From assembly GCA_963705505.1 (NCBI GenBank), contig CAVPJU010000006.1, positions 320,001-384,000 on the forward strand: DNA of 64,000 nt, in the 5' to 3' direction. The notes under the pieces are model-generated. The model was not told where the DNA came from. It did not search any database and saw only the letters and a program-made list of their open reading frames with translations. Shown here one piece after another: positions 1 through 10,455 of the stretch (position 1 is its first letter; each line of letters starts with the position of its first letter). A program made the position numbers and the translations under genes. The DNA comes from an uncultured bacterium (lineage in GTDB: Bacteria; Desulfobacterota_D; UBA1144; Nemesobacterales; UBA2774).

Positions 1-705
1 GTTGGATTCGAGCGCGCCGTTCATCAGACGGCCAATGGCTATCCTCCCGACGTAATTATCATAATCGAGGTTCGTAACCAAGAATTGAGTAACACTTCCG
101 TCCCCAATCTCGGGACCCGGGATTGCGGAAATTATCGTGTCGAATAGCGGTATGAGGTTATTCGAGTCCTCTCCCAGGTCGTACCGGGCGGAGCCGATCT
201 TGGCGTTCGTATAAATAATCGGGAATTCTATCTGCTCCTCGTTCGCATCGAGCTCGATAAAGAGGTCGTAAACCTCGTTTATCACCTCACCCGGGCGGGC
301 GTCGCTCCTGTCTATCTTGTTAATTACGAGTATTATGGGGAGTTTTTTCTGGAGCGCCTTTTTTACGACGAAACGGGTCTGCGGCAGCGGCCCTTCGCTC
401 GCGTCTACCAGAAGGAGGGCGCCGTCCACCATGTTGAGACTCCTCTCCACCTCGCCCCCGAAGTCGGCATGTCCCGGCGTATCCACTATATTTATCTTTA
501 TACCCTTATAGAAGATCGCGGTGTTCTTTGCCATTATCGTTATGCCGCGCTCCTTTTCGAGGTCCATCGAGTCCATAATTCTCTCCTCGACGACCTGGTT
601 CTCACGGAATACCCCGCTCTGCTTGAGCATTGCATCGACGAGCGTCGTCTTTCCGTGATCGACGTGCGCTATGATGGCAATGTTCCTTATATTTTCGTTT
701 CTCAT
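1..705 (-). CDS. typA: Translational GTPase TypA/BipA, N-terminal part (runs off window start)
   Basis: Manual translation from CAT at 703-705: [62 protein letters not shown]...[17 protein letters not shown]. Absent from the ORF track because no stop lies in the window. Confidence 0.95.
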   Translation of the reverse strand, partial: MRNENIRNIAIIAHVDHGKTTLVDAMLKQSGVFRENQVVEERIMDSMDLEKERGITIMAKNTAIFYKGIKINIVDTPGHADFGGEVERSLNMVDGALLLVDASEGPLPQTRFVVKKALQKKLPIILVINKIDRSDARPGEVINEVYDLFIELDANEEQIEFPIIYTNAKIGSARYDLGEDSNNLIPLFDTIISAIPGPEIGDGSVTQFLVTNLDYDNYVGRIAIGRLMNGALESN

Positions 706-1154
706 AAATATCTGTTCTCTCTCCCCAATAAATTGACCGCTTAAAGCTGTTAGCCGTTAAATATACACTACCGTGCGGGATATTCAGGAAATTCGGAAAA
801 TCCGCTTATCCGAAGGGCGGATTTATCGATTCTTATCCGTGGCCGGATTCAAGGGAATTTGGCTGCTATCCCTTTATAACATCTATATATTCATCTATTG
901 CGTAATGTTCAATATCGCTTTTGATTTCAATAAATACCTCTCAGGAGAATTTGTCCAGTCGTTCGGGTTGGTTACAGACGATAAATATCCTGCTCTAATC
1001 TAATTTACTCTCCGTATAAGTAAATGAGCGGGTTTTTGTCACTGGATTGGCGGGTATTTAGCGTGATGTCTAAAGTTTAGCAATTAATTATGTTATAATG
1101 GGTTCAAAATACTGAACAAATGACATCGAATTACCCGCGAAGCCGATACAATCC

Positions 1155-1772
1155 ATGGACCCCGCCGCACCATCAATAAGTTCGTATGCTGCAAAAGAGC
1201 AGCATGAATTACGGGATTTAATTTCCCGGATTTCTCATGGAAGCGAAGATGCCATGAGAGCATTTTACAAGCAAACTGTAGGCCTGGTGTATGGTATGGC
1301 TTACAGGATAATTTCTAACGCTCACGAAGCCGAAGAGGTGGCGCTCGAGGTTTTTATGCAGGTTTGGAAGAATGCTTCGAATTACAATTCCGAGCTCAGC
1401 GAGCCGCTAACGTGGCTTCTTATGATTACGAAGAGGCGTGCGATAGACAGAAAAAGAAATATTTCAAAAAAATTGATAACCGAAGAAGCATTTGACGAGA
1501 ACCTTGCGATATCCGAGAAGAGCGCGGAAGTTTCATATATCGCCAGGGAAAAAAGAGAAATTGTCCGGAGCGCTCTCGAGCAGCTCACCTCGAAACAGAG
1601 GCGTGTGATCGAGCTGTCTTACTATTACCAGATGAGTCACAGCGAGATAGCAGAGCAGGTAAATATACCCATCGGATCGGTCAAGAGCACGATCAGGGTT
1701 GCACTGGTGAAACTGAGAAATATAATAAAGAAGCTCGACAGGAAAAAAGACCATGGCTCGAAAATACACTAG
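1155..1772 (+). CDS. ECF RNA polymerase sigma factor (SigK/RpoE-like)
   Basis: Sigma region 2 (AEEVALEVFMQVW...WLLMITKRRAIDRKR) and region 4 (LTSKQRRVIELSYY..MSHSEIAEQVNIPIGSVKS); overlaps the downstream anti-sigma gene. Confidence 0.9.
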   Translation: MDPAAPSISSYAAKEQHELRDLISRISHGSEDAMRAFYKQTVGLVYGMAYRIISNAHEAEEVALEVFMQVWKNASNYNSELSEPLTWLLMITKRRAIDRKRNISKKLITEEAFDENLAISEKSAEVSYIAREKREIVRSALEQLTSKQRRVIELSYYYQMSHSEIAEQVNIPIGSVKSTIRVALVKLRNIIKKLDRKKDHGSKIH

Positions 1773-2337
1773 AGAAGAAATCCGGGATCTCGCTGCATCG
1801 TATGCCCTCGGGAACCTGAGCGACGCAGAAAAAAAAGAATTCGAGGAGCTGCTCCGCCAAAGGGACGGGACAATCGAAAGAGACCTGAAATCATTTGCCG
1901 AAATCGTCGAATACCTGCTCTACCATGCCGAACCGCTGAAAGAGCCGGATGGCCTGGAGAAGCGGTTATTCGCACAAATTAAAAAGGAAGGAAGTAAGAA
2001 GAAAAAAGACGAGGGGTTTCTATACGTACGTAGAAATGAGGGCGAGTGGGTTGAGATTATGAAAGGAGTAAAGGTGAAGAATCTTTACAAGGATCCCGGG
2101 AAGAATTACTCCACCCTCCTTGTAAAAATGGACCCCGGAGCTACTTTCCCGGACCACGTCCATACCGACACCGAAGAGTGTTACATCATCGAGGGCGACC
2201 TGAAAATGGGCGGAGAGGTTTTCGGGAAAGGGGATTATATCAGAGCGGAAGCGCACAGCACTCACGAAAGCATTTCTACCGAGAAGGGCTGCTTTCTCCT
2301 GATATCGGCTTCGGAAGAAAACGAAATGTTGTTATAA
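1753..2337 (+). CDS. Anti-sigma factor with N-terminal ASD-like helix and C-terminal ChrR-like cupin
   Basis: LAASYALGNLS anti-sigma start; cupin FPDHVHTDTEECYIIEGD...GDYIRAEAHSTH; 20-bp overlap with the sigma gene. Confidence 0.8.
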   Translation: MARKYTREEIRDLAASYALGNLSDAEKKEFEELLRQRDGTIERDLKSFAEIVEYLLYHAEPLKEPDGLEKRLFAQIKKEGSKKKKDEGFLYVRRNEGEWVEIMKGVKVKNLYKDPGKNYSTLLVKMDPGATFPDHVHTDTEECYIIEGDLKMGGEVFGKGDYIRAEAHSTHESISTEKGCFLLISASEENEMLL

Positions 2338-2459
2338 AAGAATCGATATTTCCACGACCCCGTACCGTATCCCGCCGCTATCCGACTATACTGAAATTGT
2401 TGCGTCCGGCGCGTAATAATATTCTCCATCCGCCTTTTCTCAATCCGGGCTTTTCCTTG

Positions 2460-2487
2460 TGATCCGATCCCGGAGCTCAACCGTATA
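2460..2487 (+). promoter_or_regulatory. Putative ECF promoter TGATCC-N16-CGTATA
   Basis: TGATCC 2460-2465, 16-nt spacer, CGTATA 2482-2487; resembles the RpoE-ChrR (ECF11)-type consensus. Confidence 0.6.
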
Positions 2488-2678
2488 ACTTATTGGAAAG
2501 TATTCCGGTCCGCGGGTACGGCAGTCGTTAAAAAACCCTTTGATTTTGCCCCGCCGGTATTTCAATCTACTACAAGCGTAATCCGCTTTTTATCAATATA
2601 TTACATATCTATCATATAACATATATCGTCCTGATCCGCGACATGACACATGCATTTTGTAAATTATGTTCCCCGGAG

Positions 2679-2706
2679 AGATCCAAAAAATGATACCCCC
2701 CGTATA
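2679..2706 (+). promoter_or_regulatory. Putative ECF promoter AGATCC-N16-CGTATA upstream of the fasciclin gene
   Basis: AGATCC 2679-2684, 16-nt spacer, CGTATA 2701-2706, followed by SD AAGGAGG and ATG 2743. Confidence 0.65.
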
Positions 2707-2742
2707 AATATTCAAATTCAAAAATTTTAAGGAGGTGCTGAA

Positions 2743-3312
2743 ATGCACAAGGTTATAAAAAATTATTTAATACTGCCGGTCGCGGCAGTTATTTTTTCAG
2801 TAGTAGGATTAACCGCGTTTGCCGACACGACAGTAATGGTCGGCGGTGAGGCCATGTATCCTACAAAGGATATAGTAGATAATGCGGTTAACTCCAAGGA
2901 TCATACGACGCTCGTGGCGGCGGTAAAGGCTGCGGGACTCGTAGAGACGCTCAAAGGGCCGGGCCCGTTTACCGTATTCGCTCCGACCAATGACGCGTTC
3001 GAAGACCTTCCCGACGGAACAGTCGAGATGCTGCTCAAGCCGGAGAATAAGGACGCTTTGACAAAAGTGCTCACTTATCATGTCGTTCCGGGCCGTCTCA
3101 CTTTCGATGCGCTTGTTGAACAGATAAACGCGGGCAACGGCAAGGCTCAGCTGAAAACAGTAAGCGGCGGCATGCTGACCGTATGGATGAACGGACCGCA
3201 CAACATCCTTATCAAGGACGAGAAGGGCGACGTAGCAAATATATCGACTTACGATGTAATTCAGTCAAACGGAGTTATCCAGGTTATAGATACTGTTCTT
3301 CTGCCGAATTAA
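2743..3312 (+). CDS. Secreted fasciclin (FAS1, MPT70/MPT83-like) protein
   Basis: Signal peptide; TTLVAAVKAAGLVETLKGPGPFTVFAPTNDAF, VLTYHVVPG and SNGVIQVIDTVLLP are FAS1 H1/YH/H2 motifs. Confidence 0.92.
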   Translation: MHKVIKNYLILPVAAVIFSVVGLTAFADTTVMVGGEAMYPTKDIVDNAVNSKDHTTLVAAVKAAGLVETLKGPGPFTVFAPTNDAFEDLPDGTVEMLLKPENKDALTKVLTYHVVPGRLTFDALVEQINAGNGKAQLKTVSGGMLTVWMNGPHNILIKDEKGDVANISTYDVIQSNGVIQVIDTVLLPN

Positions 3313-3331
3313 GCTGATTTCAACGACGACA

Positions 3332-3367
3332 AGGGCGCTCTCATAAACAGAGGAGCGCCCTGATTTT
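3332..3367 (+). terminator. Hairpin, putative intrinsic terminator after the fasciclin gene
   Basis: AGGGCGCTC (3332-3340) / GAGCGCCCT (3353-3361), followed by a short T run. Confidence 0.55.
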
Positions 3368-3488
3368 ATAGAGCCCGCCGAAGCGCTATACCCGACCCTC
3401 CGAAAGATAACTTCGGGACGAAAGTTTTAAGCAAGATACTAACTAAAGTCTAATTGTAAATTCATCGATTTGATTATATTCTAATGGA

Positions 3489-3908
3489 GTGGAAAACGGT
3501 CATTCCAATAACAGGGAAATAAAGTTAGGCCAGCTCACCAAGAGTGCGGAAAGTTCAATCAATGTATTGAGGCGTTCCACAAGAATCCCTTATTATAAGA
3601 AACTTAAATACGGGCTCCTTAACGGAAAAGGCAGGGACGGCGAAGACCTGTTCAGGTTTAACGGATTCACGTTTAATATCTCCGAACACGGAATCGGTAT
3701 GGAAGGCAGCAAAGGGTTCCCCCCCAATTTCAAAATCGAAGCAAGCTTATTCACGGGAGAACAAACGATTAGGTTCGAAGGTACAATCAAATGGCTCTAC
3801 CATTCAAACTCCGAGAAATGGTACATGGGTATTGAGGTTACGAGCCGAATAAATGATATCAGAGAAATTTATTCTATTCTTGCCCAGACGAACGACCTCG
3901 GGCTGTAG
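3489..3908 (+). CDS. PilZ-domain protein (probable c-di-GMP receptor)
   Basis: RRSTR (RxxxR) and NISEHG (D/NxSxxG) motifs; C-terminal GTIKW...MGIE strands. Confidence 0.75.
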   Translation: MENGHSNNREIKLGQLTKSAESSINVLRRSTRIPYYKKLKYGLLNGKGRDGEDLFRFNGFTFNISEHGIGMEGSKGFPPNFKIEASLFTGEQTIRFEGTIKWLYHSNSEKWYMGIEVTSRINDIREIYSILAQTNDLGL

Positions 3909-3936
3909 TTCCGGATACTAAACTTACGAGCAGGCT

Positions 3937-5667
3937 TTAACCGCCTGACGTTATCCTTTCCTTTATAGCGCTGAATTTGGATTTAAGCTCATTTACCCTT
4001 ATCCTGGAATCCGATAACTTTTGTTTTTCCATCTTATAAAAATTCCTTAAAGGCGCAAGCGAGTCCGTGACCTGAATTTCTATCCCGCTGAAATCCCTCT
4101 CGAGCTGAGAGCTTACGCTCGATATCATCTCTTCAATAAGCGCATCCACCTTCTGGTTGAATTCCCTGATCGCGTCTCTTCTCTTTTTGGGGAGAATCGC
4201 AAAGGCCGTGGCCATCACGGCGATAGTCGCGAGAATGCCCGTAATGTCCACGACGAGCGATGAAAATGCGGAAACCACGGCGGCCCCGATCGCGAGCGAA
4301 CCCACCTGAACACCAAGCACAGAGGCCACAGCGCCCCTTGCCGAATCGACGAGATTCCCGCCGAGAGTCGCAGGGTCTATCGCTTTTCTCTTTGTCTCGA
4401 GCTCGCTCCTTACGGTATCTACGAGCCTTGTCCTGTCGTAAATAAACCCGGTACCGGCACCCGAAGACTCGGGCCTTATCGATTTGTTATAAAATTCGAT
4501 ACTGCTGTCCAAAAGACTCCGCGCAGATTTTTCGGTCCATATGACCATCGCATCGAGGTCCTTTTCAAGCTCGGCCACAGTCTGACGGGAAACCCGGTAC
4601 TCGAACTCTTTTGCAATTTTCTGCTTGCTCATGAGCTTAAGGATGTTGCCGAATCTTATAAGCTCGTCGATGTACTCCATCCCTCTCGTCTTGAATTCGA
4701 GCAGCCTGCTTCTTATCCTCTCCGTAAACTGAGCGGAATTCTCGACTATCTCTTCCTTCATCGATTCCAGTTTCTTCTCGAACTCCCCGAGCCTCTGCAT
4801 ATCTTCGGAAATTTTGTCGATGTGCCCGTCGAGGGATCTATCGGTTTCGGCGCAAAGGCTGATCGCAAATTCCGAAGTTCCCCTTATCTTCATCCTTATA
4901 CGCTCTTCCTCGCTAAGCGTGTTGAAAATATATTCCTCGAGCCTTCCGAAACCGCTCCTCGAATATAACGAGGTATCGGAAGCAGTCCTTCCTTCCCAGG
5001 CGAGTTTCGCGGAGACCGGGATCAGGAGCGGCTTTATCCCGAACGAACGCTCGAGCTCCCCTTCGGTGTGCCGTATCAGAGTCTCAAGCTCTTTATCGTC
5101 ATGAGCGATATCGATCTTGTTTAAAAGGAAAACGATATTTTTTAGCCAGCCCTCTTTTATAAATTTAATAAGCTTCGCTTCGCTCCCCGTTACCGCGCGC
5201 TCGGCGCCGATCGTAAAAAACACAATGTCCGCTTTCGGTATATAATCCTGGGTGAGCCGCTCGTGCTGTTCTATGGTAACGTTCGTGCCGGGAGTGTCCA
5301 CTATATAAAGCCCCCTAAGCCTTTCCTGGGGAACGGAAATTATACGGCATCCCTTCTCAACATTTACCCCGCCGCTCTCACCGTATTTTATTACCGTTAT
5401 CTCGTCCGTCGTAGGCGTGATGCCTTTCGGCAGCGTTTCCTGCCCCAGAAGAGCGTTTATGATGGAGGACTTTCCCGTGCTGAACTCTCCGATAAAGACG
5501 AGCGAGAAGAGATTGTCCATACTCTCCTGAACCGACCTCAACCTGCTTTCGAGCTCAGTGCTCGACAGTTCTTTTATCTCGGCAAGGAGCGACTGCAGGA
5601 GGAGCTTCTCTTCGAGTATGATTTTCGAGTATTTTTCGTCCAGTATCTGCATACTTAAGAAGTACAT
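3937..5667 (-). CDS. Bacterial dynamin-like GTPase (FZL/mitofusin-like)
   Basis: G1 GEFSTGKS, G2 TPTT, G3 DTPG, G4 NKID; long helical stalk; hydrophobic paddle/TM hairpin near the C-terminus. Confidence 0.85.
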   Translation of the reverse strand: MYFLSMQILDEKYSKIILEEKLLLQSLLAEIKELSSTELESRLRSVQESMDNLFSLVFIGEFSTGKSSIINALLGQETLPKGITPTTDEITVIKYGESGGVNVEKGCRIISVPQERLRGLYIVDTPGTNVTIEQHERLTQDYIPKADIVFFTIGAERAVTGSEAKLIKFIKEGWLKNIVFLLNKIDIAHDDKELETLIRHTEGELERSFGIKPLLIPVSAKLAWEGRTASDTSLYSRSGFGRLEEYIFNTLSEEERIRMKIRGTSEFAISLCAETDRSLDGHIDKISEDMQRLGEFEKKLESMKEEIVENSAQFTERIRSRLLEFKTRGMEYIDELIRFGNILKLMSKQKIAKEFEYRVSRQTVAELEKDLDAMVIWTEKSARSLLDSSIEFYNKSIRPESSGAGTGFIYDRTRLVDTVRSELETKRKAIDPATLGGNLVDSARGAVASVLGVQVGSLAIGAAVVSAFSSLVVDITGILATIAVMATAFAILPKKRRDAIREFNQKVDALIEEMISSVSSQLERDFSGIEIQVTDSLAPLRNFYKMEKQKLSDSRIRVNELKSKFSAIKERITSGG

Positions 5668-5811
5668 GAATTATAACCAAGAAAGTTGATTATGAGTATT
5701 TTGAGACGCGATATGATACATCCGGCCGCTATTAGACTCGTACAATACGTATAAGCTTGTAACAGGCATTGTGAGCAGTAAACTGACTGATATAGAGCTG
5801 ATTGTGCGATA

Positions 5812-8043
5812 TTGAGGGAAATTGTGGAAACAAAAAGCCTAAGAAATCCGGCGTTGGTTCTTATTACTGGTATGGTATATGTATCGGTAGTATTTTTTAC
5901 ATTGTGTATCGGGGGGAGCTCGGGAGCCGAGCCTCCTGATAATAAAAATATGCCTAAACAGAACAGGCTTAAGAACGAAAAGAGTCCGTACCTGCTCCAG
6001 CACGCAGACAACCCCGTTGACTGGTACCCATGGGGGGAGGAGGCATTCGAAAAGGCCGCCAGGGAGGATAAGCCCATACTCCTTTCGATAGGGTACTCGA
6101 CCTGTCACTGGTGCCACGTAATGGAGCACGAATCGTTCGAGGACCCGGAAGTCGCAAAGCTGATGAACGACACGTTCGTCTCGATTAAAGTAGACCGTGA
6201 AGAAAGGCCCGACATAGACAACATATACATGACGGTGTGTCAGCTGCTCTCGAAAGGGGGATGCGGATGGCCCCTCAATATAATCATGACCCCCGACAAG
6301 AAGCCCTTTTTCGCAGCTACGTATATTCCGAAGGAAACGCGCTTCGGCCGCATAGGCATGGTCGAGCTCGTACCCAGGATTAAAGAGGTATGGGAAAAAC
6401 AGAGGGAAGAAGTCTTGAAATCCGCAGACAGCATCACAGCCGCGATCAAGAAGGCAACCGATGTTTCACATGACATTCAGGGCAGTGACCTGACTCAGTC
6501 CGCTCTGACTGTGGGATTCAATCAGCTCCTCAGCAGGTTCGACGAAACGAACGGAGGCTTCGGGACAGCGCCCAAATTCCCAACTGCCCACAACCTTCTT
6601 TTCCTGCTCAGGTACTGGAAACGAACGGGGGACGGGCAGCCGCTCTTGATGGTGGAAAAAACCCTCGACGGTATGCGGAAGGGCGGCGTGTACGACCATG
6701 TAGGTTTCGGCTTTCACCGTTACTCCACGGACCCCAAATGGTTTCTCCCTCACTTCGAAAAAATGCTCTACGACCAGGCGATGCTGGCTCTGGTTTTTAC
6801 GGAGACTTATCAGGCCACCGGAAAAAAAGAATATGAAGATACGGCGCGTCAAATCTTTACGTATGTAACCAGGGATATGACAGCCCCGGAAGGGGGATTT
6901 TATTCCGCTGAAGACGCCGACAGCGAAGGGGTTGAGGGTAAGTTCTACGTGTGGACTGAGGAAGAGATAAAGCGGGTACTGGGAAAGGACGAAGCGGAGC
7001 TGATAATCACAACGTACAATGTCGATAAATCCGGGAACTTCAGCGAAGAAGCCTCGGGAGAGAAATCGGGCTCCAACATCCTCTATCTAAGGAAACCGCT
7101 TGCGGAACTCGCTCCTTCTTTCGGAATGAGCGCTTCAGAATTCGAGAGCAGAATAGACAACGCAAGGAAAAAACTTTTCGCAGTCAGGGAAAAAAGGGTT
7201 CATCCTCATAAGGACGACAAGATACTGACGGACTGGAACGGGCTGATGATAGCGGCGCTTTCAAAGGGCGCGAGCGTCTTCAATGAACCCCTCTATGCGG
7301 AGGCGGCGCGACATGCCGCGGACTTCATCCTCGATAAAATGATAGACGGCGAGGGACGCCTCCTCCACCGTTTTAGAGACGGCGAAGCCGGGATCAGAGG
7401 AAGCATCGACGACTATTCCTTCTTTATCTGGGGCCTTCTCGAGCTCTACGAGTGCACGTTCGATGTAAAATATTTGAAAACGGCCCTCGATCTTCAAAGC
7501 GAAATGACAGAACTGTTCTGGGACGATAAAAACGGCGGATTCTATTTTACATCGAATGACGCCGAAGAACTCTTAGTGCGTCATAAAGAGATCTACGACG
7601 GCGCAATTCCGTCCGGCAACTCAGTAGCTATGCTGAACCTTCTCAGATTAGGAAGGATAACGGGAAACCCCTCGTATGAGGATATGGCGGCAAAGCTCGC
7701 GAGAGCGTTTTCGCAAACAGTGGAGCAGGCTCCGATGGCTTATACACAGCTCCTCTCGAGTCTCGATTTCGCAATAGGTCCGTCTTATGAAGTCGTCGTA
7801 GTCGGAGATCCCGCCTCAAAGGGCACAAAAGAAATGCTGACCGCGCTCAGAAAACAATACACTCCTAACAAAGTATTATTATTCAAATCAATCGATGATA
7901 AGTCCGATATCGCTACTATCGCGGAATTCACAAAAGGGCAATCGTCGATCGGAGGAAAGGCGACTGCTTACGTTTGTCTTAATCATATATGCAAACTTCC
8001 CACTACTGACTTAAACAAAACGCTTGAGCTCCTCACTCAATGA
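5812..8043 (+). CDS. YyaL/SPATA20-like thioredoxin-domain protein (DUF255 plus six-hairpin fold)
   Basis: [74 protein letters not shown]; start codon uncertain. Confidence 0.92.
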   Translation: MREIVETKSLRNPALVLITGMVYVSVVFFTLCIGGSSGAEPPDNKNMPKQNRLKNEKSPYLLQHADNPVDWYPWGEEAFEKAAREDKPILLSIGYSTCHWCHVMEHESFEDPEVAKLMNDTFVSIKVDREERPDIDNIYMTVCQLLSKGGCGWPLNIIMTPDKKPFFAATYIPKETRFGRIGMVELVPRIKEVWEKQREEVLKSADSITAAIKKATDVSHDIQGSDLTQSALTVGFNQLLSRFDETNGGFGTAPKFPTAHNLLFLLRYWKRTGDGQPLLMVEKTLDGMRKGGVYDHVGFGFHRYSTDPKWFLPHFEKMLYDQAMLALVFTETYQATGKKEYEDTARQIFTYVTRDMTAPEGGFYSAEDADSEGVEGKFYVWTEEEIKRVLGKDEAELIITTYNVDKSGNFSEEASGEKSGSNILYLRKPLAELAPSFGMSASEFESRIDNARKKLFAVREKRVHPHKDDKILTDWNGLMIAALSKGASVFNEPLYAEAARHAADFILDKMIDGEGRLLHRFRDGEAGIRGSIDDYSFFIWGLLELYECTFDVKYLKTALDLQSEMTELFWDDKNGGFYFTSNDAEELLVRHKEIYDGAIPSGNSVAMLNLLRLGRITGNPSYEDMAAKLARAFSQTVEQAPMAYTQLLSSLDFAIGPSYEVVVVGDPASKGTKEMLTALRKQYTPNKVLLFKSIDDKSDIATIAEFTKGQSSIGGKATAYVCLNHICKLPTTDLNKTLELLTQ

Positions 8044-8287
8044 GTGTCCCAAACGTATCATATGAAATATTTCGCTGACGGTACTGTTATTGATTTTTCT
8101 ATTTTCCGGGTGTAAAAATTATTTCGAATAACAGATGTTGCTTTTCAATTAGTCTGTCTTATAATTTTTATTTTTCTGCTGATTGCGCTCATAGCAGATT
8201 GTAATAAAATTTTTATTTCAAGCTTGAAGCATCGAAAAAAGTCTGTGTTATAGTATTAATTAAGTTCATGTTGGGGAGGTGAGAGCA

Positions 8288-8464
8288 ATGGAGGAAAAGA
8301 GAATGGGCAAAAGAGGTAAGAGAAAAATAAAAGACCTCGTCGATATGCTCGAAGACCCGGAAAATTCCGGATACATAGGCGGAGACTACGAGGACATGAT
8401 GGAGCTCCTCGAACAGGAGCTGGCCGAATCGGAAGAAGACGAAGATCAGGAAGAAAAGGAATGA
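8288..8464 (+). CDS. Small hypothetical protein, basic N-terminus and very acidic C-terminus (58 aa)
   Basis: Extended -10-like TGtTATAGT at 8246-8254, SD GGAGGTGA at 8275-8282, ATG 8288; overlaps the mnmG 3' end by 19 bp. Confidence 0.6.
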   Translation: MEEKRMGKRGKRKIKDLVDMLEDPENSGYIGGDYEDMMELLEQELAESEEDEDQEEKE

Positions 8465-10374
8465 GAGCCTTCTTCTTTTTCAAACACACCCTTTTTCAAA
8501 TAAACCATAAGCACAGAAATAGCAGCAGGGGTAATGCCCGATATCCTGCTCGCCTGCCCTAAAGATCCCGGACGAACATTTGACAGCTTTTGTACTATCT
8601 CTTTCGATAAGCCGGGAATCCCGTCGTAAGAAAATTCCAGAGGTATGGACAAATTTTCGAGCTTCTTGAATTTGTCGATCAGCTCGGCCTGCCTCTTAAT
8701 ATAGCCCTCATACTTAACTTCCATTTCAATCTGCGTGATGTAATCCTCGCTGACGGGCGCCATTTTCCCGCTGCCTCCAATTAATCCGAGCTCTCCGTAC
8801 GTGATCTCGGGCCTCCTCAGAATCTCCTTAAGCGACTGTGGCTTTTTCAGCGGGGAAGAGCCGAGTCTCGATAACATTTCATTAACTCCCGCGTTGGGCA
8901 TAATCTTGATGTTCTCCAGCCTGAGTAGCTCCCGGGCGATGGTCTTCTTCTTTTCATAAAATTTCTCGTACATTTCTTCGCTTAATAATCCGATCCTGTA
9001 CCCCGCCTCTCCCAGCCTGATGTCCGCATTATCCTCTCTCAGGACGAGACGGTATTCGGCCCTCGAGGTAAACATCCTGTAGGGCTCGTCCACTCCTTTT
9101 GTTACGAGATCGTCGATCAATATCCCGATATACGCCTGGGAGCGGTCAAGGACGAGAGGGCCTTCCCCTTTCACCCGGAGCGCAGCGTTTATACCGGCCA
9201 TTAGTCCCTGACTCCCGGCTTCCTCATATCCCGTTGTACCGTTGATCTGACCCGCGAAGTACAGGTTATCGACGAGCTTTGTTTCAAGCGTCGGCTTTAG
9301 CTGTATAGGGTCAACGAAGTCGTACTCGACCGCGTAGCCGGGCCTCATGATTTCGACATCCGAAAGACCGTCGATAGTCCTCACGAGCTCATACTGGACT
9401 TCGAGAGGAAGACTCGTCGAGACGCCGTTCGGATATATTTCATACGTTTGCGTCCCCTCCGGCTCGAGAAAGATCTGGTGCCTTTCCTTGTCGCGGAACT
9501 TAACCACTTTATCTTCGATCGAGGGGCAGTACCTGGGTCCTATGCCTTTTATTTCGCCTGAGTATAAGGGCGACTTGTGGAGATTATTCATTATTACCCT
9601 GTGCGTCCTTTCATTCGTATACGTGATATAGCAGGGCATCTGCTCCCTTTTGACGGAACTGTTAGAGAATGAAAATGGCTTGGGATTCTCGTCCCCCGGC
9701 TGGGGCTCGAGTATCTCCCATTTAATAGTCCTGCCGTCCAGTCTCGGGGGCGTCCCTGTCTTAAGCCTCCCTACCCTGAACCCGAGGCTTCCGAAAGAAT
9801 CCGAAATGCCGATCGCCGCCGCTTCCCCGGCGCGTCCCGAGGAGATCTTCGCTCCCCCAATGTGAATCAGTCCATTTGGAAATGTTCCGGGCGTCACGAC
9901 AACGGCATCGGAGAAAAAATGCTCGCCTAGAGTTGTTTTCACACCGAGGACCCTGCCGTTCCCGACGAGAAAACCTTCGGCCATCCTCTGCTTGATATCG
10001 AGGTTCTTCCGAGCCTCGAGTGTGCTTTTCATGTAGGCTCTATATGCCTGCCTGTCGGCCTGTATCCTGGTCGCCTGGACGGCAGCCCCTTTGCTGGTAT
10101 TCAGTCTCCTGAACTGGATCGCGGCATGGTCGGCCGCTTTACCCATTTCGCCTCCGAGAGCGTCTATTTCCTTTACGAGGTGCCCCTTGCCGACGCCCCC
10201 GATCGACGGGTTGCACGACATGAGCCCTATCGTATCAATATTCGCCGTAAGGACGAGGGTCCGGCACCCCATTCTGGAAGCGGCCAGCGCAGCCTCGCAC
10301 CCGGCATGGCCGGCGCCTATCACTATCACATCGTAGCTCTTCGGATAATTTATGCTCAATACCGGGACTCCCAT
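8446..10374 (-). CDS. mnmG: tRNA uridine 5-carboxymethylaminomethyl modification enzyme MnmG/GidA
   Basis: GAGHAGCEAA, MSCNPSIGG, GPRYCPSIEDK, FAGQINGTTGYEEA, EPYRMFTSRAEYRL. Confidence 0.97.
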   Translation of the reverse strand: MGVPVLSINYPKSYDVIVIGAGHAGCEAALAASRMGCRTLVLTANIDTIGLMSCNPSIGGVGKGHLVKEIDALGGEMGKAADHAAIQFRRLNTSKGAAVQATRIQADRQAYRAYMKSTLEARKNLDIKQRMAEGFLVGNGRVLGVKTTLGEHFFSDAVVVTPGTFPNGLIHIGGAKISSGRAGEAAAIGISDSFGSLGFRVGRLKTGTPPRLDGRTIKWEILEPQPGDENPKPFSFSNSSVKREQMPCYITYTNERTHRVIMNNLHKSPLYSGEIKGIGPRYCPSIEDKVVKFRDKERHQIFLEPEGTQTYEIYPNGVSTSLPLEVQYELVRTIDGLSDVEIMRPGYAVEYDFVDPIQLKPTLETKLVDNLYFAGQINGTTGYEEAGSQGLMAGINAALRVKGEGPLVLDRSQAYIGILIDDLVTKGVDEPYRMFTSRAEYRLVLREDNADIRLGEAGYRIGLLSEEMYEKFYEKKKTIARELLRLENIKIMPNAGVNEMLSRLGSSPLKKPQSLKEILRRPEITYGELGLIGGSGKMAPVSEDYITQIEMEVKYEGYIKRQAELIDKFKKLENLSIPLEFSYDGIPGLSKEIVQKLSNVRPGSLGQASRISGITPAAISVLMVYLKKGVFEKEEGSHSFSS

Positions 10375-10455
10375 ATATAAATCAGTAAGAAATGTAAATA
10401 CTTAAATCGACCGCGTCAATTATTTAGCTCCCGCTTTGGATTATGAGCGGCATAG

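Noticed and set aside
798..824. Inverted repeat AAATCCGC...GCGGATTT between typA and the ECF sigma gene
   Set aside because: Single 8-bp arm pair with no U-tract and no second copy; no function can be assigned.
317..1003. Short plus-strand ORFs at 317-511, 469-744 and 773-1003
   Set aside because: The first two are antisense shadows of typA; the third lies in AT-rich intergenic DNA with no SD or recognisable motif.
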